A stretch of DNA of 64,000 nt from Candidatus Latescibacterota bacterium (GTDB lineage: Bacteria > Latescibacterota > CBDEFO01), in the NCBI GenBank assembly GCA_965248755.1, contig OZ252149.1, positions 1,536,001 through 1,600,000 on the forward strand, in the 5' to 3' direction. The position numbers and the translations under genes were made by a program. This document shows positions 53,541-64,000 of this stretch, piece by piece. The notes beneath the pieces were generated by a model. It ran no database searches, was not told the DNA's origin, and saw only the letters and a list, made by a program, of their open reading frames with translations. Every line of letters begins with the position of its first letter. Positions within the stretch are counted from its first letter, which is position 1.

Positions 53541-54806
53541 CATACCGCTCCCCTTGACAGAGCGACAAATATTTCGCAAATTGGGGTTTGAGAAGGGAGG
53601 TCAAGGTGTCGAGCCCCGAAGTGAAAGATGGTAAGCGCTGGACGGCGACCCGTAAGGGAGAGATTGTGTTGGCTCTTTTGAGAGGAGCAGATCTATCTGA
53701 GGTGTGTCGTAAGAATGGAATTAGCCAGTCGCAGGCGTATGCTTGGCGTGATAGTTTCTTAGAAGGGGGCCAGGAGAGTCTGAAGTCTCGGCGTGGTCGC
53801 AAGGATCCGAAGGAGCGAGAGGTTAGCCGGTTGGAGCGCAAGGTAGGGCAGTTGACGCTCCAGTTGGAGATACTCGAAGAGGTAGCCCGTCTAAAAAAAA
53901 CGAAGCGGTTGCCTTGAGTGGGCGGTTTTTGGGTCGAGGCTATTCCCGCAAGGTGGTAGCTTTGGCTTTGGGTTTGCATCGTTCGACTCTGTATAGGTTT
54001 AGGGATAGAGGTGTCAGTTCTTCTGTTAAAGAGCCTGTGATAGATGAGGAGCTTGCTTTTCGTATTCGAGGGATACTGGACCAAGAAGAGGCATTTGGTC
54101 ACAGGCGGGTTTGGGCGCATCTTCGTTTCAAGGAAGGGGAATGTGTCAACGTTAAGAAGGTTCATAGGATAATGAAGCTTAAGGGGTGGCAGTGTAAGCT
54201 GTGGAATCGTCCCGGGAGAAAGGGGCCACAGGTTGCCCAGAAGCGTTCTGTGGTGGATAGTCCCGACAGTTTGTGGTCGAGTGACTTGACAAAGATTTAC
54301 TGTGGAAAAGATGGTTGGTGTCCTCTTATTGCGGTGGTGGACAACGGAAGCCGGGAGGTTCCTGGGTATCGTTTTAGTCGAAAAGGGAGGGCACTGGAGG
54401 CCACAGATGCCCTGGATCGGGCCGTGATCTCTCGATACACTTCCAAGGAGGCTGTCCCCCAGGGTCTCACTTTGCGCTCTGACAATGGTTCCATCTTTTT
54501 GGCTCGGGCCTATTTGGCCAGTACCGAATATTGGGGAATTCGTCAGGAATACATACCAAGTGGTAAACCCGATTGGAACGGTGTTGTAGAGCGTTTTTTC
54601 AGGACCCTCAAGCAAGAGTGTGTTTGGCTTCACAAGTTTGAATCCTTTGAACAGGCTGAGAAGATCATATCTCAGTGGATCGATAATTACAACAAGAACA
54701 GGCTTCATTCATCCCTGGGATATAAGACCCCAAAAGAGTGGAGAAAACAATTTTATCTACTACCCCAGGTTGCTTAATTGGTGTCGCTTTCCTGGGAAGC
54801 AGTACA
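53541..54806 (+). mobile_element. IS3-family element, copy 6 (GGCT target duplication)
   Basis: GGCT on both sides. Confidence 0.97.
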
Positions 54807-54970
54807 GGCTAACCTATGTGTTTGCCTAAAGGGCAGACATACCCGGTCTGCCCCTACCAAGAATTGTTGATTCTCTGTTGACTTTTCTGCAAGGACGCTG
54901 TATTTTGGCTTTCGCAAGGGCGAAAGTTCAATAGCAAAATGTAATCCTTTAAAACTTAACGCAGAGCGAG

Positions 54971-55708
54971 ATGAAACTTCAAAATTTCACAGCGCTGCTA
55001 TGCAGATCGCTACTCGATTTTGTCTTCCCTCCTCATTGCTGCGTCTGTGAGTCTTATCTGGAGGAGGACGAGCATGTCGTGTGTAAGGGGTGCTGGGGCG
55101 GTATGGAACTGATCGATAGAGGTTTCTGCCGAAGATGTGGAGCGCCATTAGCTGAGAGCGTCTCTCCGTGCCAGTGGTGTCAGAAAAGGGAGTTTAACTT
55201 CAGTGGAGTGCGGATATTATCCATCTTCGTAGGGAAAACCCAGGACATAATTCATCAGTTCAAATACAGTGGGAAAAAGTCCATCGGAAGAAGACTGGGG
55301 GGCATGTTGGCGGAACTCTTGAGGGACGATGACAGGATGATAAAAGCCGATATGATCGTTCCAGTTCCGCTCCACAGGAGCAGAAAAAGGGAAAGGGGCT
55401 ACAATCAAAGCCAGATTATCGCTCAAAGCCTGGGGGATGCGCTGAAGATAGAGGTTAGGGAGGACATTTTGACAAGGTGGAAGTGGACAAAAGTCCAGAC
55501 AAAATTAGACCCCATCCAGAGAATCGAGAACGTGGATGGGGCGTTTCGCGTCGTCAAGGCTGAGGATCTAAAGGATAAGAAAGTGGTTCTGGTGGACGAC
55601 GTGCTTACCACGGGAGCAACGGCGAATTCCTGCGCAAACACGCTCACTGAGGGAGGCGCAAAGAGTGTGTTTGTAGCCGTAGCGGCGCGCCCGTTTGACA
55701 TTAGATAG
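54971..55708 (+). CDS. comF: ComF-family protein (zinc ribbon plus PRTase)
   Basis: CxxC pairs, PVPLH, RGYNQS, VDDVLTTGAT. Confidence 0.9.
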   Translation: MKLQNFTALLCRSLLDFVFPPHCCVCESYLEEDEHVVCKGCWGGMELIDRGFCRRCGAPLAESVSPCQWCQKREFNFSGVRILSIFVGKTQDIIHQFKYSGKKSIGRRLGGMLAELLRDDDRMIKADMIVPVPLHRSRKRERGYNQSQIIAQSLGDALKIEVREDILTRWKWTKVQTKLDPIQRIENVDGAFRVVKAEDLKDKKVVLVDDVLTTGATANSCANTLTEGGAKSVFVAVAARPFDIR

Positions 55709-55769
55709 TAGACAGGTGAAAGGGGATAGTGCTCCCTGCCTACCTGTTTACTTAGTACTGACTGCTGCC

Positions 55770-56504
55770 TTAGGCACCCTCCTCGGCGAATCTTTCTGCA
55801 TCATCCTCAGGATCGTATCCGAGAATCTCCTGTGCGCTGGATATGTCCCAGTATCGCCTCGTATTTCCTGATATAGCGTAGAATATTCCGAACTTTACGT
55901 CCGTCTCTATGGACAGTCTGGTAAGCTGAATGTAGTCGCGATTGCTCATCCACGTCGAAAGTATGCGCCCTTTGCCTACGGCAGGATCTCCTCCTGTAAA
56001 AGTACCGATCCTGTGGCAGATAACAGCAATTCCGAAGGCGTCTGAGTAGTATCGCCCTAAAGCCTCCCCGAAGGCCTTGCTGGCTCCGTAGTAGCCGTCG
56101 GGTCTGACGGGCATATCGGGGGTCGTAAATATCTTCCCGTCTTTCTCATAGTATCCCGTCACATGGTTTGTGCTGGCGAAGACTACTTTGTTCACGGTGC
56201 ACTGACGACAGGCCTCGTAGACGTTATATACACCTGTGATATTGGAATGCAGCACACTCTCCCAGGTGGCGTCCACCGCTGGGTCTGCCGCCTGATGAAC
56301 CACAGTATCTACTCCGTCAACAGCCTTCTTTACGCAGTCGAAATCTGCAATGTCGCATATTACTACTTCCTCGCCCTCTTCGGCGGGCAGGACGGTTCGA
56401 TGGTACATTAAACGCAAGTCATAATCGTCTTTCAAGCCTTCTTTGAGTACCCTTCCTATCTTGCCTGCAGCCCCCGTTATTAGAATCTTTTTCCTGTTTG
56501 ACAT
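55770..56504 (-). CDS. NAD-dependent epimerase/dehydrogenase (uronate dehydrogenase-like)
   Basis: TGAAGKIG, FASTNH, YGASK. Confidence 0.85.
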   Translation of the reverse strand: MSNRKKILITGAAGKIGRVLKEGLKDDYDLRLMYHRTVLPAEEGEEVVICDIADFDCVKKAVDGVDTVVHQAADPAVDATWESVLHSNITGVYNVYEACRQCTVNKVVFASTNHVTGYYEKDGKIFTTPDMPVRPDGYYGASKAFGEALGRYYSDAFGIAVICHRIGTFTGGDPAVGKGRILSTWMSNRDYIQLTRLSIETDVKFGIFYAISGNTRRYWDISSAQEILGYDPEDDAERFAEEGA

Positions 56505-56583
56505 TGATTCTCCTTTTACCAATACATATTCACCTTGACAAGATAACGGGATCTGTTAACTTGATAGATAGTTTTATCAGTTT

Positions 56584-56877
56584 TTAGCTAATCCCTATGC
56601 TTAGTCCACCACCGTACGAGCTCAGGTTGGTGTTCTTGATGAGTTCCTCTGCTACAGCTTTGGCAACTTCCTCGGGGGTCCCTTCCTGCTCTTCTACAGG
56701 AGTCCATTCCCACGCCTCCAGATAGGCGTCTGTGCCGACTGCGCCCTGTGCCATTGCAAGTTCGTCTATTGCAACCTGGAAGCGCTCTGGAAGCTGTTCT
56801 TTGGCTTCGTTTTCTGCATCGAAGGCTTTGACCTGAATGGGTATCTTCTTCCAGTGAAGTATCTGGTATTTTGCCAT
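56584..56877 (-). CDS. 'Virulence factor' domain small protein
   Basis: YQILHWKKIPIQV..LPERFQVAID..AM..YLEAW pattern. Confidence 0.65.
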   Translation of the reverse strand: MAKYQILHWKKIPIQVKAFDAENEAKEQLPERFQVAIDELAMAQGAVGTDAYLEAWEWTPVEEQEGTPEEVAKAVAEELIKNTNLSSYGGGLSIGIS

Positions 56878-56889
56878 CTGTGATCCTCC

Positions 56890-57114
56890 TTAATGTAAGG
56901 GGGGATACTTAAAGCATACGAAGAATGAGGCCAACACGATCAAGACTATAAGTACAATGGAAATAAGACATCCCAACTGGTAGGATTTCACTCCCGGTTC
57001 TGATAGTAGGCGGTCGTCGTGATGTTTACTCTCCAACGGTAGAAATTCGCCGCAGTGTTTGCATTTTATAGCTTCATCCTGTATTTCCTCTGCGCAGTAC
57101 GGGCACTTTTTCAT
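56890..57114 (-). CDS. Zinc-ribbon membrane protein
   Basis: [20 protein letters not shown] followed by a TM helix. Confidence 0.8.
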   Translation of the reverse strand: MKKCPYCAEEIQDEAIKCKHCGEFLPLESKHHDDRLLSEPGVKSYQLGCLISIVLIVLIVLASFFVCFKYPPLH

Positions 57115-57328
57115 AGATGTCTTTTCCTTAGCAGGAGAGCGTCTTCTGTGGGATAGACGACCTCAGGCAATATACCTACAAAGGCCATTTAAGTCAACAG
57201 TTTTTGTCTTGTTCAATAGATACAGACATCGAATTTGTCTAATGTAGGGGCGAACCCATGTGGTAGTGTGCAGGGGGATGTGGCTACAAGCTACGAAGCG
57301 GTTTGTCCAAGTCAGGGAGGAGATCACT

Positions 57329-58291
57329 ATGGCTACACTCATTACTGGAGGTGCCGGTTTTATTGGAGCAAAGGTAGCGCGCCTTCTATTAGAAAAAGGA
57401 GAGAAGAATCCGGTCGTTTTCGATATCAACCCTTCCATCAAACGACTAGACGACGTGGAAGATCAAGTAGAAATGGTACAGGGTGATTTAGGTAACTTCA
57501 GCCAAGTGCTGGATGCAGTTAAGAATGCTCAACCTCGCGTGATATATCACCTAGGAGGAATGCTTTCTGTGCCTTCCGATGCCAATCCGGCTGCTGCTAT
57601 TAGAGCAAACGCCCTTGGTACCTTTCATGTGCTGGAGGCAGCAAGACTGTTTGACGTTCAGCAAGTGCTTTTTTCAAGCTCCATCGGGACTTATGGACTC
57701 GATATCCAGGAAGAGGTCATTAGTGATTATACCCTTCAACGTCCCCAGCTTTTTTATGGTGCCACCAAGGTATTCGGCGAACAAATGGGGCTATTTTACA
57801 AAAGGAAATATGGGCTTGATTTCAGAGGAGTTCGATATCCCTCCATCATAGGACCAGGGGTGAAGACTCCTGGAGTTTCCCAATACACTTGCGGGGTCAT
57901 TGAGGAGTGTGCCAAGGGAAATCCATATACGATCTGGGTAAAGCCTGAAACCAAGTTCCCTGTCCTGTATTTTAAAGATGCGGCCCAAGCGATGGTGCAG
58001 CTGAGTGAGGTACCTCTGGAAAACATCAAAACGGTCAACTATCTACTTGCTGGGGTTACTCCCGTTGCTAGTGCCAGGGAATTGACGGACATTGTGAAAG
58101 CCAAGGTGCCCGGTGCTCAGATTGATTTCAAGCCAGATTTAGATCTACAAGATATCGTGGATAAATTCATTCTGCCACTAGACGAAAGCAATGCTCAAAA
58201 GGAGTGGAACTGGAAACCTGAATACGACCAGGAGCGAATCGTTGATGATTTTCTCCAGGAACTTCAGGTAAATCCACAGCTTTACGTCTAG
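57329..58291 (+). CDS. NAD-dependent epimerase/dehydratase (threonine dehydrogenase-like SDR)
   Basis: TGGAGFIG, YGATK, DFRGVRYP; GGAGG RBS. Confidence 0.85.
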   Translation: MATLITGGAGFIGAKVARLLLEKGEKNPVVFDINPSIKRLDDVEDQVEMVQGDLGNFSQVLDAVKNAQPRVIYHLGGMLSVPSDANPAAAIRANALGTFHVLEAARLFDVQQVLFSSSIGTYGLDIQEEVISDYTLQRPQLFYGATKVFGEQMGLFYKRKYGLDFRGVRYPSIIGPGVKTPGVSQYTCGVIEECAKGNPYTIWVKPETKFPVLYFKDAAQAMVQLSEVPLENIKTVNYLLAGVTPVASARELTDIVKAKVPGAQIDFKPDLDLQDIVDKFILPLDESNAQKEWNWKPEYDQERIVDDFLQELQVNPQLYV

Positions 58292-58431
58292 CTTAAGAAC
58301 TACACCAGATCGGGGGTGCTATTCATCCTTACCAGCAGATCTGACTTCACGTTTAGTTTCTATCTTTTCAGACAAAACAGAACCACTATATAGTTGAATG
58401 CCTAAGGACGCGCAGGAAAGGATATAAGATT

Positions 58432-59283
58432 ATGACATGGTTAACGATGGGCGCTGTAGAGCTTACGGTGGTCAGCGGCGGGAGGTTCAAATTGGACGGA
58501 GGTTCGATGTTCGGGATTGTACCCAAGGCGCTGTGGGAAAGGACAAACCCGACAGATGAGAAGAACAGGATAGACATGGGGATGAACTGCGCTTTGATAA
58601 GGACAAGTGAAAAGTTGCTGCTGGTGGATGTGGGATTCGGGACAAAGTTAGGACAAAGGCAAAAGGATATATACGCGATAGACGATAGTGTGACGCTTTT
58701 GGAGTCGTTGAAAAAGGAGGGTGTGGAGGCCGAGGAAGTAGATATTGTTGTTCTGTCGCACCTCCATTTCGATCACTGCGGAGGCTCAACCCGCTATGAC
58801 TCGGACGGGGAGATAGTTCCGACCTTTCCTAACGCCGAGTACGTGGTTCAAAAGGGCGAGTGGAAGGACGCCCTAAACAATTTCGGGACGATGAAGACGA
58901 CTTACATCAGGGACAATTTTGCGCCACTGATGGATGCCGAAGTCTTAAGACTTCTTGAAGGTGATGTCGAAATATACGACGGAGTGAGCGTCTTTGTGAC
59001 AGGAGGACATACTCGGCATCATCAGGGAGTGTTGATCGAGTCAAAGGGACAAAAGGCCGTCTTCCCGGCGGATATTATGCCTACGACCTCGCACCTTAAG
59101 GGTCCATATAACATGGCGTACGATCTCTTCCCTTACGATACAATGATGAAAAAATTAGAGCTTCTCAGGGTAGGATCGGAAAACGGATGGATATTTATAT
59201 GGGATCACGATCCCTCCCTACCGATAGGCAAAGTGGAGTCGGACGGTAAGGGGGAATTTAAGGCTATGCCACTATCTGAATAG
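58432..59283 (+). CDS. MBL-fold metallohydrolase
   Basis: LDGGSMFG, SHLHFDHCGG, GHT, HD. Confidence 0.9.
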   Translation: MTWLTMGAVELTVVSGGRFKLDGGSMFGIVPKALWERTNPTDEKNRIDMGMNCALIRTSEKLLLVDVGFGTKLGQRQKDIYAIDDSVTLLESLKKEGVEAEEVDIVVLSHLHFDHCGGSTRYDSDGEIVPTFPNAEYVVQKGEWKDALNNFGTMKTTYIRDNFAPLMDAEVLRLLEGDVEIYDGVSVFVTGGHTRHHQGVLIESKGQKAVFPADIMPTTSHLKGPYNMAYDLFPYDTMMKKLELLRVGSENGWIFIWDHDPSLPIGKVESDGKGEFKAMPLSE

Positions 59284-59474
59284 GAGACAGCTTCCGGGGA
59301 CTCCCCCTCCCCTTTGAACGGGTATGTAACATTTCTTATGCAAAACTATATGTATTCAAGCTTCGTATATACCGAAGCTCCCTAAAAATGTATGGAGACC
59401 TGTGAATGTGCGATCCCGATTGCTTCTATCGGGGACCAGTTTGTGACCAGCGCTGTCCATCTCTTCCTGTTGGG

Positions 59475-60389
59475 CTACTCTTTACAGGCTTCGATGATCT
59501 CCTGTAAGACCCGGTCGCTATCCTTAAGGGAAGGCTGACATGTAGCTGCACCCTTGTGACCTCCGCCACCATATCTCTTGCACAATTCTCCGGAATCGGT
59601 AGTAGATGTCCTTACAAAGATGGAATGGGCAACGGAGAGGGTATCGAACTCGTCTTTCTTTCCGTCGGCAATCCGAACAGAAATATTACCTTCCGAAAGG
59701 CCAGGCAGTGTATAAATTAAGAAGCGGTTTGCCGATGGAATCTCTTTGCCGCGAACATCCGTCACGATGACATTGTCATCCAGATAAGAATTCGTTGCAT
59801 AGAACAAAGCGGCGATGCCCTGCATCTCAGTGTACTTCTTGATCCTCTCCTGCGAGTCGGGCATTTCAAGGATTTCCTCTACCGTATGTTTGGTCAACAG
59901 TAAGGGAATTCCGGACACCCATTGAAAATTGCTTATCGTAAAATCACGTTGAAGCCCAAGTCCAGTACGAGGATCCAGCAAGAGACCCAGAAGAATCGCT
60001 CCCTTGGGATTCAAAACCTGTTCGAGGGTAAGGTTTGCACTGTCCACAAGATCGGTGTCGTGGACAAGTTCTTCGTACTTTTTTAGTTCCGGATGTTCCG
60101 GAAGAAAGTAATTGTAAACCAGGTGCGCTGTACTTGGCGACACATCAACTCTTCCTCTGAAATTTTTGGGCATCTCCGGTTTGGTGATCTCGCTGGAATG
60201 GTGATCAAACCACATATAGCAGTTTGGGTGATACGGCAGGTTACAAATAAGATCCTGATCCGTCACATCCACCTTCGCATCTTGCATATCCTTGGGATGA
60301 GCCTGTTGCAGCTCGTCGCACATACCTAACTCTGTCAAAATGGCCGCACATACGGATCCATCCAAATCTCCTCTATAGATTACTCTCAT
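59475..60389 (-). CDS. DHH/DHHA1 phosphoesterase (nanoRNase/exopolyphosphatase-like)
   Basis: DLDG, FDHH, GGGGH. Confidence 0.85.
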   Translation of the reverse strand: MRVIYRGDLDGSVCAAILTELGMCDELQQAHPKDMQDAKVDVTDQDLICNLPYHPNCYMWFDHHSSEITKPEMPKNFRGRVDVSPSTAHLVYNYFLPEHPELKKYEELVHDTDLVDSANLTLEQVLNPKGAILLGLLLDPRTGLGLQRDFTISNFQWVSGIPLLLTKHTVEEILEMPDSQERIKKYTEMQGIAALFYATNSYLDDNVIVTDVRGKEIPSANRFLIYTLPGLSEGNISVRIADGKKDEFDTLSVAHSIFVRTSTTDSGELCKRYGGGGHKGAATCQPSLKDSDRVLQEIIEACKE

Positions 60390-60696
60390 GATTTCCTCCC
60401 CTTCCTTTAGCTATTATTAAAGAGAAACAGTATCAATCAGTTTCAAGAAATATTCTGTGACATAGATCACATTTCAGTAGAAAAAGATACAAAATTTTCT
60501 GCTAAAGTATATAATTGTAAAGTACATTTGTCAACCAAAAAATGGAGTTTGTCCGCACTTCCCTTCCTTCATATATTGTTATAGAGTTAGATGTCTTAAT
60601 ACAATCATGGACTGGCTATGGATACTACATGGACACCGGGAGGGAAAAAGGGAAAGAATTAGTACCAGACCAACTGTCCCATTTTCTATGTTTTTT

Positions 60697-62151
60697 TCAG
60701 AGACAAACGTCAGCTATTAAGCCCTGTTCAGCCGCGTAGGCCACCCTTAAGATCGTATCCTCCTCAAATGGCCTCCCCAAGATCTGCAGGGCTATGGGCA
60801 ACCCATCTGACGAAGTGCCGCAAGGGATAGATATGGCTGGAATTCCAGCCATATTGACCGAAATAGTGTAGATATCCGAAAGATACAGTTCTAATGGGTC
60901 ATCGATCTTCTCTCCGATCTTAAAGGCGGGCGTCGGAGAGACAGGCGTAATCAGCAGATCGCACTCGGAAAGGGCATTTTCGATGTCTCTTTTTATTAGC
61001 GTCCTCACCTTTTGGGCCTTCAGATAGTAGGCATCGTAATATCCAGCGCTCAGGGCATAAGTGCCGAGCATTATCCTCCTTTTTACCTCTTCTCCGAAGC
61101 CCTGGCTCCTCGTCTTAATGTAAAGCTGGATCAGGTCATCTTCGCTGCCATCGGCCCGATAGCCGTACTTAACGCCGTCGTATCTTGCCAGATTCGCAGA
61201 AGCTTCAGCCGTAGCGATGATGTAATACGCCGCCACCGCATACTTTGTGTAAGGGAGGGACACATCTTTGATCTCTGCGCCCTCCTCCTTCAGAAGTTCT
61301 GCAGTTTCTAATATCGCATCCTTTACCTGTGGATCTAATCCCTCAGCGAAGTACTCCTTTGGAAGCCCTAACTTTATCCCCTCAACGCCGTTTTGAAGTC
61401 TCGAAAGATAGTCGGGAACTTGATTAGCAAAGGAGGTAGAATCCCGCTGGTCGTGGCCTGCTATCACATTTAAAAGGAGTGCCGCGTCCCTTACATCCTT
61501 CGTCATCGGACCTATCTGGTCCAGGGAACTTCCGTAGGCTATGAGTCCGTATCTGGATACCCTTCCGTATGTTGGCTTTAGGCCCACGATTCCGCAGAAG
61601 GCGGCGGGCTGTCTGATCGAACCCCCCGTGTCGGAGCCTACGCCCAAGATCGTCTCATTTGCAGCCACAGCGGCGGCCGACCCGCCGCTGGATCCTCCGG
61701 GGACGCAGTCGAGATCGTGAGGGTTCCTCGTAATTCCAAAATAAGAACTCTCGGTCGAAGAGCCCATTGCAAACTCGTCCATATTTGTCTTGCCTATGAT
61801 CACCGCATCGGCGGCCTTCAGTTTCTCGGATACTGTAGCATCGTACGGTGCGATGAAGTTCTCAAGGATCTTCGACCCGCACGTAGTCTTTGAACCTGAC
61901 ACACATATTACGTCTTTCACAGCGACAGGGATTCCCGCAAGTGCACCTAACTTTTCGCCCTTTTTTGCCTTCTCGTCTACCCTCTCTGCGCTCTGGATAG
62001 CCTCATTCTCTAAGACCGTGATGAAGGCGTTTACGTCCTTTTCTACCTCATCTATCCGCCTTAGGAGAGCTCCCACCACATCCCTGGACTTTATCTCATG
62101 GCTTATTATCCTGCCCACAAGTTCGTGAGCCTTCATCTCATTTAGATCCAA
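60697..62151 (-). CDS. gatA: Glu/Asp-tRNA amidotransferase subunit A
   Basis: Amidase signature [33 protein letters not shown]. Confidence 0.97.
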   Translation of the reverse strand: MDLNEMKAHELVGRIISHEIKSRDVVGALLRRIDEVEKDVNAFITVLENEAIQSAERVDEKAKKGEKLGALAGIPVAVKDVICVSGSKTTCGSKILENFIAPYDATVSEKLKAADAVIIGKTNMDEFAMGSSTESSYFGITRNPHDLDCVPGGSSGGSAAAVAANETILGVGSDTGGSIRQPAAFCGIVGLKPTYGRVSRYGLIAYGSSLDQIGPMTKDVRDAALLLNVIAGHDQRDSTSFANQVPDYLSRLQNGVEGIKLGLPKEYFAEGLDPQVKDAILETAELLKEEGAEIKDVSLPYTKYAVAAYYIIATAEASANLARYDGVKYGYRADGSEDDLIQLYIKTRSQGFGEEVKRRIMLGTYALSAGYYDAYYLKAQKVRTLIKRDIENALSECDLLITPVSPTPAFKIGEKIDDPLELYLSDIYTISVNMAGIPAISIPCGTSSDGLPIALQILGRPFEEDTILRVAYAAEQGLIADVCL

Positions 62152-62384
62152 AATCGCTCCCCAGCAAGTAGACAGAAAACAGTAGACAGCATACAGGGCA
62201 TCCCTGCCCCTCTCCGACTACTGTCTACGAAATTGCTTCCCCCCGATAGATTCAATCGGGGGCGCTCGCAATAACATCTGCTGAGACCTTTGGTAATTGC
62301 GAGGGGTGAAAACCCCGAATCCCCGATTGAATCTATCAGGGACTCAAGGGATGGGAGATGTGCCTCTGTCCACATTGTACTCGT

Positions 62385-62633
62385 TTACTCCTTCTTTTCT
62401 ACCTTGTTCCCTTCATCTTTTTGCGCTTCTTCTGAACGCTCGTTGGAGCTTTCCTGTGTGTCTTCAACGGCGCTCCTCACATCGATCTCCTTCTTAACAT
62501 CCTTGAGCGAATTTTGGAACTCTCTGATTCCCTTGCCCATACCGCGTGCTATCTCTGGGATCCTCTTTGCCCCGAAGACAAGGAGAATTACCAGGAAGAT
62601 TATTATGAGCTCCGTGGGTCCTAGTCCAAACAT
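62385..62633 (-). CDS. tatA: Twin-arginine translocase TatA
   Basis: GPTEL..FGAKRIPEIARGMGKGIREF. Confidence 0.93.
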   Translation of the reverse strand: MFGLGPTELIIIFLVILLVFGAKRIPEIARGMGKGIREFQNSLKDVKKEIDVRSAVEDTQESSNERSEEAQKDEGNKVEKKE

Positions 62634-62690
62634 GATATCCCACCTCCTTAAAACAGTTCTTTTTCAAGGACACTGCGGTTGCACTCTGAA

Positions 62691-62981
62691 TCAGTAAGAA
62701 TATTTATAATAATACCACGCTAACAAAAGGCCGGCTATGCTCGGCAGATTGAAGTGAAGCTCAAACCCAAAAGTAAAAGATAAAAGGATCAGAGGGATGC
62801 GAAGAGGACCGAACTCGTAATCGACCAGATGACTGACCAGAACCTGATACACAACGCGGTCTTGGGAAACGTCTGCAAGATCGAACACAAGGCCCAGTAT
62901 CATCCCCAACATATTGCCTATCAAAGATCCTACAAACAGGAAGACTATTAAGAGGCCGATTCCCTTATCCCTGCTCAGCAT
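62691..62981 (-). CDS. Small membrane protein (DUF4321-like)
   Basis: GSLIG..LG, FTFGFELHFNLPSIAG. Confidence 0.6.
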   Translation of the reverse strand: MLSRDKGIGLLIVFLFVGSLIGNMLGMILGLVFDLADVSQDRVVYQVLVSHLVDYEFGPLRIPLILLSFTFGFELHFNLPSIAGLLLAWYYYKYSY

Positions 62982-63037
62982 CTACATTTCCTCATGGAGT
63001 GGTAGCACGGAGCGCACGGTGCACCACAATTTGACTG

Positions 63038-63760
63038 TCAGTTAGATATCTCCTCCGCCACCTCTCTGTCGGTGACAAGATGCACAGACCACTTTGCTAC
63101 ACCTGAAAGGACATACACCATAGCAAACGGGAAGAGCACCTCGTCGGCAAACGGAATCATCAAGATGCAAGCGACGATGACGTAGATCAGCTTAATGCTG
63201 TTCCCCAGCGAGCTGAAGCTGAACCTGGGAAAGATCTCATACTCGAAAGTGCTGACCATCAAAAGAGATAGGGCTAACAGTAATAATACTGCAATCTGGG
63301 TGCCTCTCAGACCTAGCCACACGTTGTTACTAAAGATTACATACGAGGCCAAAGTCAAAGCAGCAGGGGGAATCGGGAGCCCAGAAAACTGCTCCTTACC
63401 AGTGCCGATCAGACGGGAGTTGAACCTTGCGAGCCTTATCGTCCCGCACAGCAGGAATATAAACGCTATGCTCACACCCCACGGGCCGAGCATGTCCAGA
63501 CGGTAGTTGAATATTAAAAAGGCGGGTGCAATCCCAAAGGAGCAGACGTCAGCCAAAGAATCAAATTCCACGCCGAACTTGCTCGGCGAATCGATAAATC
63601 TTGCTACTTTCCCATCCAAAGTGTCCAAAAAGCCTGCCAGAACGATCAACCACGCGGCTGCCTCAAATCGACCGTCCACGCTGTAGGCAATGGATAGGAA
63701 GCCGCAGAAGATATTGCCTATCGTCAATAGACTCGGAACCGTATCTTTGGGATTGATCAT
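63038..63760 (-). CDS. pssA: CDP-diacylglycerol-serine O-phosphatidyltransferase
   Basis: DTLDGKVAR..G..FDSLAD..FG; RLARFN; GLP. Confidence 0.93.
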   Translation of the reverse strand: MINPKDTVPSLLTIGNIFCGFLSIAYSVDGRFEAAAWLIVLAGFLDTLDGKVARFIDSPSKFGVEFDSLADVCSFGIAPAFLIFNYRLDMLGPWGVSIAFIFLLCGTIRLARFNSRLIGTGKEQFSGLPIPPAALTLASYVIFSNNVWLGLRGTQIAVLLLLALSLLMVSTFEYEIFPRFSFSSLGNSIKLIYVIVACILMIPFADEVLFPFAMVYVLSGVAKWSVHLVTDREVAEEISN

Positions 63761-63793
63761 CTTTGAAGTCCTTGCATAGAAAGACTCTCCTCT

Positions 63794-64000
63794 CTAGACT
63801 AAAGTGGCTATGACTGTCTCGCCACCTTTTACTCTATCTTTGACCTTAACCTGGATATTAGTATTCTCAGGCACGATAAGGTCAACGCGGGAGCCGAACT
63901 TTATGAGTCCGAATCTGTCACCTTTTTCTACATCGTCGTTTTCCTTTAAGTTGCACACGATCCTTCGGGCTAAGAGTCCGGCTATCTGTTTCACAAGGAG
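63794..64000 (-). CDS. psd: Phosphatidylserine decarboxylase, partial
   Basis: QIAGLLARRI and KFGSRVD self-cleavage motif; adjacent to pssA. Confidence 0.9.
   Translation of the reverse strand, partial: LLVKQIAGLLARRIVCNLKENDDVEKGDRFGLIKFGSRVDLIVPENTNIQVKVKDRVKGGETVIATLV

Overview
Bacterial chromosome window, probably from an uncultured diderm lineage (FCB-like is my inference only). Housekeeping genes (carB, nnr, acpS, tRNA-Leu, nurA/herA, nfeD/slipin, comF, gatA, tatA, pssA, psd) are interspersed with accessory DNA. The dominant structure is a 12.46 kb composite transposon at 34111-46572. It is bounded on the left by a 1266 bp IS3-family element and on the right by a 420 bp internally deleted, MITE-like relative, and a CTTT target duplication flanks the whole unit. 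Its only cargo is an AT-rich UvrD/GajB-like helicase gene, fragmented and amplified in tandem and inverted pieces, with every junction exactly at an element end. The composite sits in codon 3-4 of an O-methyltransferase gene. The IS left end begins CAT rather than TG, so it reads outward as GGAG-N4-ATG and supplies an in-frame replacement start. Removing the composite joins a co-oriented, DtxR-boxed metal-handling cluster (DtxR, multicopper oxidase, ZIP, cupredoxin, dtxR-feoB scar, methyltransferase, di-heme oxidoreductase, Rieske protein, beta-barrel). Also present: a 19 bp palindrome that occurs in-frame inside genes and nested inside other REPs, an orphan RiPP/Tat-like peptide, and an orphan SIR2-like gene.
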